Shown here in pieces: positions 60,197 to 64,000 of a stretch of DNA of 64,000 nt; the stretch's first letter is position 1; every line of letters starts with the position of its first letter. Position numbers and translations under genes: made by a program. The DNA is from Gemmatimonadales bacterium (lineage in GTDB: Bacteria > Gemmatimonadota > Gemmatimonadetes > Gemmatimonadales > GWC2-71-9): the NCBI GenBank assembly GCA_965249575.1, contig OZ252244.1, positions 320,001 to 384,000 of the forward strand. Direction: 5' to 3'. The notes below the pieces were generated by a model. That model ran no database searches. It had not been told where the DNA came from and saw only the letters and a list, made by a program, of their open reading frames with translations.

Positions 60197-60610
60197 CTAC
60201 ACACCGGCAACCGCTTCGATCTCCACCATCAGCTCTGGGAGGACCAAGCGGCTCACCCCAATGAGCGACTGCGGCGGCCGGGTACCGGCGTCCCCGATCC
60301 ACGCAGCGTAGATGTCGTAGTTCGCGAGAAAGCCATCGATATCGGTCGTGAAGAACCGCAGCGACAGCACGTTCTCCCGTCCCATACCGGCCTTGGCCAA
60401 AACGGCGTCGACGTTGGCTAACGCTGCCTCCATCTGGCCGCGGATTTCATTCGGGTGCAACACCGCGAACCCGATTTCGGAATCGGGAGCGGAGGCCACG
60501 GCAACCTGACCCGAGCAATGCAGGTAGCGCGTCAGACCCTCGATGATTTCCCCCTGATCCATGCTCCACTTGAGGCCCCAGTCCCACGGATTCACCGAGG
60601 TGCGTTTCAT
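60197..60610 (-). CDS. RidA family protein
   Basis: Motifs CSGQVA, GVSRL..PELMVEIEA. ATG at 60610 overlaps the DinB-family stop. Confidence 0.88.
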   Translation of the reverse strand: MKRTSVNPWDWGLKWSMDQGEIIEGLTRYLHCSGQVAVASAPDSEIGFAVLHPNEIRGQMEAALANVDAVLAKAGMGRENVLSLRFFTTDIDGFLANYDIYAAWIGDAGTRPPQSLIGVSRLVLPELMVEIEAVAGV

Positions 60611-61134
60611 TGTGCCCCCCCCGACGGTATGCCCATCGCCTCCATCGCCAACACGTGCGTGTGCTTGCGGCCCCACTGGACCCGCAGTAACCCGATGACG
60701 CCAACGTGATAGGCCTCGTGCCACATACAAAACGAGAGCGCGTCGAGCAGCGTCTGATCACCGTGAGGGTTGGGCAACTTGGACGGGGCGAGTACCTGCT
60801 CCTCATCGAGGCTGGGCAGTGTTTCACAAAGCTTGGCGTGAATCTCGTTCCACTGGTCACGCAGATTAGCAATGCCGGGATAGTCCTTCCCGTCGCTCGC
60901 GGGCTTCTGAAAGGAAAACGTCTCGGCATAGGGATTCGCCTGCACTACGCCACACCCCTTGAGGGCAGCGCACCGATAATCGAGGAGGTGACCCATTATC
61001 CAGGAGATCGACGAGCCGGAGTCTCCCCGGGCTCGACGGACCGCGTCGGCGTTCTCGAGGTCGCCGAGCTGCAGACCTACGTTGAAGTGCGCGGTTTCGA
61101 AACCGGCGACGAGCGGACGGACGAGATTGGTCAT
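60607..61134 (-). CDS. DinB family protein
   Basis: His triad pattern WIMGHL...WHEAYH.G. Confidence 0.85.
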   Translation of the reverse strand: MTNLVRPLVAGFETAHFNVGLQLGDLENADAVRRARGDSGSSISWIMGHLLDYRCAALKGCGVVQANPYAETFSFQKPASDGKDYPGIANLRDQWNEIHAKLCETLPSLDEEQVLAPSKLPNPHGDQTLLDALSFCMWHEAYHVGVIGLLRVQWGRKHTHVLAMEAMGIPSGGAQ

Positions 61135-61353
61135 TGCACGACTCACTTTCGAGGTTGGCAGCGTCGGATCGTGTTCCGGATCGGAGGAGATACCGACGCC
61201 CGAGCAGAATGTTGACGGTATTGCCCGCGTCGTATCGGGGTCAATCCTATCGGAGGGATCGAGTCTCGGGCGCGGGCGAACTCCGTACTCTTGGTCGACT
61301 TGAGCGGCGGGAACCGAACCTCCGGGACCTTCTTCGAGCTCCGCCCTGATTCA

Positions 61354-61809
61354 TCACCACGACGCGGTAGGGACGCCCTGCGGCACAGGCTGCGAGCGCA
61401 GGTACGTGACGATCTTCCAGATCGCGACTTTCGGTAGGATCCCACCATAGGCGGGCATCCCCCTGGGTCGGCCGAAGTGGATCGACTGAAACACGGCACC
61501 GTCGGCGCCGCCGTAGTGCCAGCGACCGTCGACCAGACTTGGCCCCAGGAAGCCTATCGCCCCACCCCCGTGACAGTCGGCGCAGTTCATCGCGGCGAAC
61601 AGCCGCTCACCATCGGCTGCCGACCCGCTGTCGTCTTTGAACGGGTTCTCCAGGGTTCCCGCCGGTGGCGCAGCGCCCCCCGCGACCACGTGCTCCTCGT
61701 AACTCGTCGAGGGCGGCGGGGACCCCGCCGACGCGCCGTCGTCAGATCGGCCGCAGGCCGCGACCCCCACCACGAGCGGGACCGGCATCGCCGCGGCCAG
61801 GCGCCGCAT
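61354..61809 (-). CDS. Monoheme c-type cytochrome lipoprotein (XoxG/MoxG-like partner)
   Basis: Lipobox VAAC, heme motif CADCH, GPSL.D..W.YG, GMP; lies directly after the PQQ alcohol dehydrogenase. Confidence 0.88.
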   Translation of the reverse strand: MRRLAAAMPVPLVVGVAACGRSDDGASAGSPPPSTSYEEHVVAGGAAPPAGTLENPFKDDSGSAADGERLFAAMNCADCHGGGAIGFLGPSLVDGRWHYGGADGAVFQSIHFGRPRGMPAYGGILPKVAIWKIVTYLRSQPVPQGVPTASW

Positions 61810-61877
61810 CCATCTCCCGCGGCGTTCCCCCCACGGTCCGTCGTGCGCGGGCGTGCGGGACCGGTGGCCCCTCGCCA

Positions 61878-63690
61878 CTAGTTCAGCGAGAAGATCCATA
61901 CGATCCCTCCCTGGCTGGTGTGCCGCGCCAGATCCGGCATGAAGTCCGCCGGTGGCCGCACGTCCGCCGGATCGTCGGAGCGGACGTCCCCGGCCAGGAG
62001 ATACCAGTCGCCGCCGATGCCGGCATACACCGCCACGTACTGTTTCCCATCGGGGCCGGTGTATGTGATGGGAGCCCCGACCACACCGGAACCGACCTTG
62101 AACTTGTAGAGCAGCTTGCCACTCGTGGCGTCCGCCGCCTTGAACCACCCATCGAGTGTGCCATAGAAGACGACGTTCCCCGCGGTGGCCACGCTGCCGC
62201 TCCACACGGGGTACTTTTCACGGATCTCCCATACCCTCTCCCCCGACACGGCATCCCAGGCGATGAAAGCCCCCAGATGCCCTCCGGCCCCCGGCGTGTA
62301 CGGAATGGTCGCCCCGATGTACGGAGTCCCGACGATATACGCCGCCTGCGACGCCTCCCAGCTCATGCAGAAGTTGTTGGTGGACACGTAGAACAGGCCG
62401 GTGCGCGGCGAGTAGGACGCGGGCGAGGCCGGACTCGTCCCGCCCTCCAGGCTCGGACAGATGTTCTCGACGTTCCCTCTCGACGCGCCGGTCAGCTTGG
62501 TGGAGTCAACCCGCGGGAGGCCCGTCGCGAGATCTACCCCCGTGGCCCAGTTCACGAACACGAATGGCTCAGCAACCAGCACTTCCCCTGTCGCGCGGTC
62601 GATGGTGTACGCGAGGCCGTTCTTGTCGAAGTGGACCAGGACTTTGCGTGTCCGGCCCTCGATGGTGAGATCGACGAGAATCATCTCCGCGTTCGAGTCG
62701 TAATCCCAGTTCTCGTGCGGGGTGAACTGGTAAGCCCACACAAGCGCGCCGTCCGACGGTCTCCGGGCCATGACACTAGTGGCCCACTTGTTGTCGCCCA
62801 ACCGTTGCTCGGGGTTGTACGGAGCCGCGTTGCCGGTGCCGTAGTACAGCAGGTCGAGGTCCGGATCGTACGAGATCCATCCCCACACCGGCACCCCGGC
62901 CAGCTTCCACGTTCCCCCGCCCACGTCGTGGCCCCAAGTCCGTGCCCGTGTCGTAGAATGGCTTGAAAGTGTCCGGTGACGCGAGGACTTGGCTGTCCGG
63001 GCCGGCATTGTACCCCGTCCAGAGGATTCGGCCGGTCTCGAGATCGAGGCTCTTCACCCAGCCCCGGATACCGAACTCCCCACCCGACGGCCCCACTATG
63101 ACCCGATCTCCGATGACCAACGGCGCCATAGTGACTGTTTCCCCCACGGCCAGATCGGCGACCTGCGTCTTCCAGATCTCCTCGCCGGTGACTGCGTCGA
63201 TCGCGACCGTGTGCCCATCGAGCAGGTTGTACACGACCCTGCCGGCCGCATAAGCGGCTCCCCGGTTCACCGCGTCGCAGCACGCCATGCCTACGGCGGC
63301 GGGGTTCACATCGGGTCGGTACTTCCACTTCAACGGGTAACCCTCTTGGGTGAGGTCGAAGGCGTAGAGGACGTTCGGGTAGGGTGTGACGACGTACATA
63401 GTATTGTTCACGACGAGCGGCTGTCCCTCATGCCCGCCCAGGACCCCGGTGGAGAAGCTCCACACGGGATGGAGCCGGGCGGCGTTGGCCGCCGTGATTT
63501 CTCTTAGGCCGCTGTAGCGTGTCGCGGCGTAGTCCTTCGCCGGCATGGTCCATTGGCCGTCCTCCTGCACCCGGGGGCTCCGCGTGGATGTCCGTCGCTC
63601 CTGCCCTCCGGCACCAGCAACCCAGAAGAGCAACAGCAGAAGCAAGACGAGGAGAGCAGCCCGGCGGCGCACCGGTGGATCCGAATTCAT
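61878..63690 (-). CDS. PQQ-dependent methanol/ethanol-family dehydrogenase (XoxF/ExaF-like), frameshifted near 62910-62935
   Basis: First ORF has WSFSTG..GHEG.PL, CCD.VNRG, GEFGIRG; second ORF has WGWISYD, GTGN, WDYD, ICP. The break lies in short G/A homopolymers, so sequencing error is likely. Confidence 0.9.
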
Positions 63691-64000
63691 GATACCCCCT
63701 CGCCGGCGCCTTGCATCGACACCCAGTTCAACCCGATCCGCTCCACGGACGCTCCGAATCGGTAGAGGCCGGTCGCGCCCACACTGGGAGGCAATGGCCA
63801 GCGAGGTCTCCAACGACCATTGGCCAGGCCCTGCTGGTCAAGCCAAGGTGCGGTAAAGTATGACGTGTTGACAGGCACGGCCAGGCGCGTGGTCGGGCAC
63901 AGGGATCGGCCCGGAGCGCGCGGGCCGGTCGACTACCGAGTAATGCGATGTGAGTCGGCCGGGGACATACCACTTTACCGAGCCCTTGCTGGCCTGACCT

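Noticed and set aside
62905..62940. Programmed frameshift in the PQQ dehydrogenase
   Set aside because: Two single-base losses in short homopolymers explain it, and there is no slippery heptamer with a stimulator.
63836..63999. 6S RNA
   Set aside because: Rod-like, but no recognisable 6S conserved motifs or typical genomic context; kept only as an unexplained structure.

Overview
GC-rich bacterial chromosomal window. Gene content and order suggest Gemmatimonadota (inference). It is probably a long-read or metagenomic assembly, with local indel-rich patches near 21.1, 21.8-22.0, 24.7-25.0 and 62.9 kb. 1-11.9 kb is a minus-strand housekeeping run: tilS-ftsH-folP-cdaA-DUF2723-yggS-divIVA-pnp-ileS. 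13-20.7 kb holds five tandem paralogous secreted His-rich beta-propeller (LVIVD-like) genes. Two more copies lie at 29.6 and 40.8 kb, and all seven share a Trp-rich C-terminal tail. The tandem array lies directly downstream of a fimT-pilV-pilW-pilX-like minor-pilin cluster. Just upstream of that cluster is a cyclic-dinucleotide (GEMM-I) riboswitch with A at the discriminator position; it points away from the pilin genes and has no downstream gene of its own. The remainder is accessory metabolism and transport: a zrg-like metal ABC module and a metal permease flanking a palindromic operator, amino-acid dehydrogenases, a Kef-type antiporter, a cupredoxin/beta-helix lipoprotein, a secreted JAB-like protein behind a sigma54-like promoter, a truncated AgcS symporter, and two PQQ dehydrogenases (one with the lanthanide-type D-x-D motif, followed by a cytochrome c). 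I saw no tRNA, rRNA, CRISPR array, transposase or integrase. All calls come from reading motifs by eye; no database searches were run.
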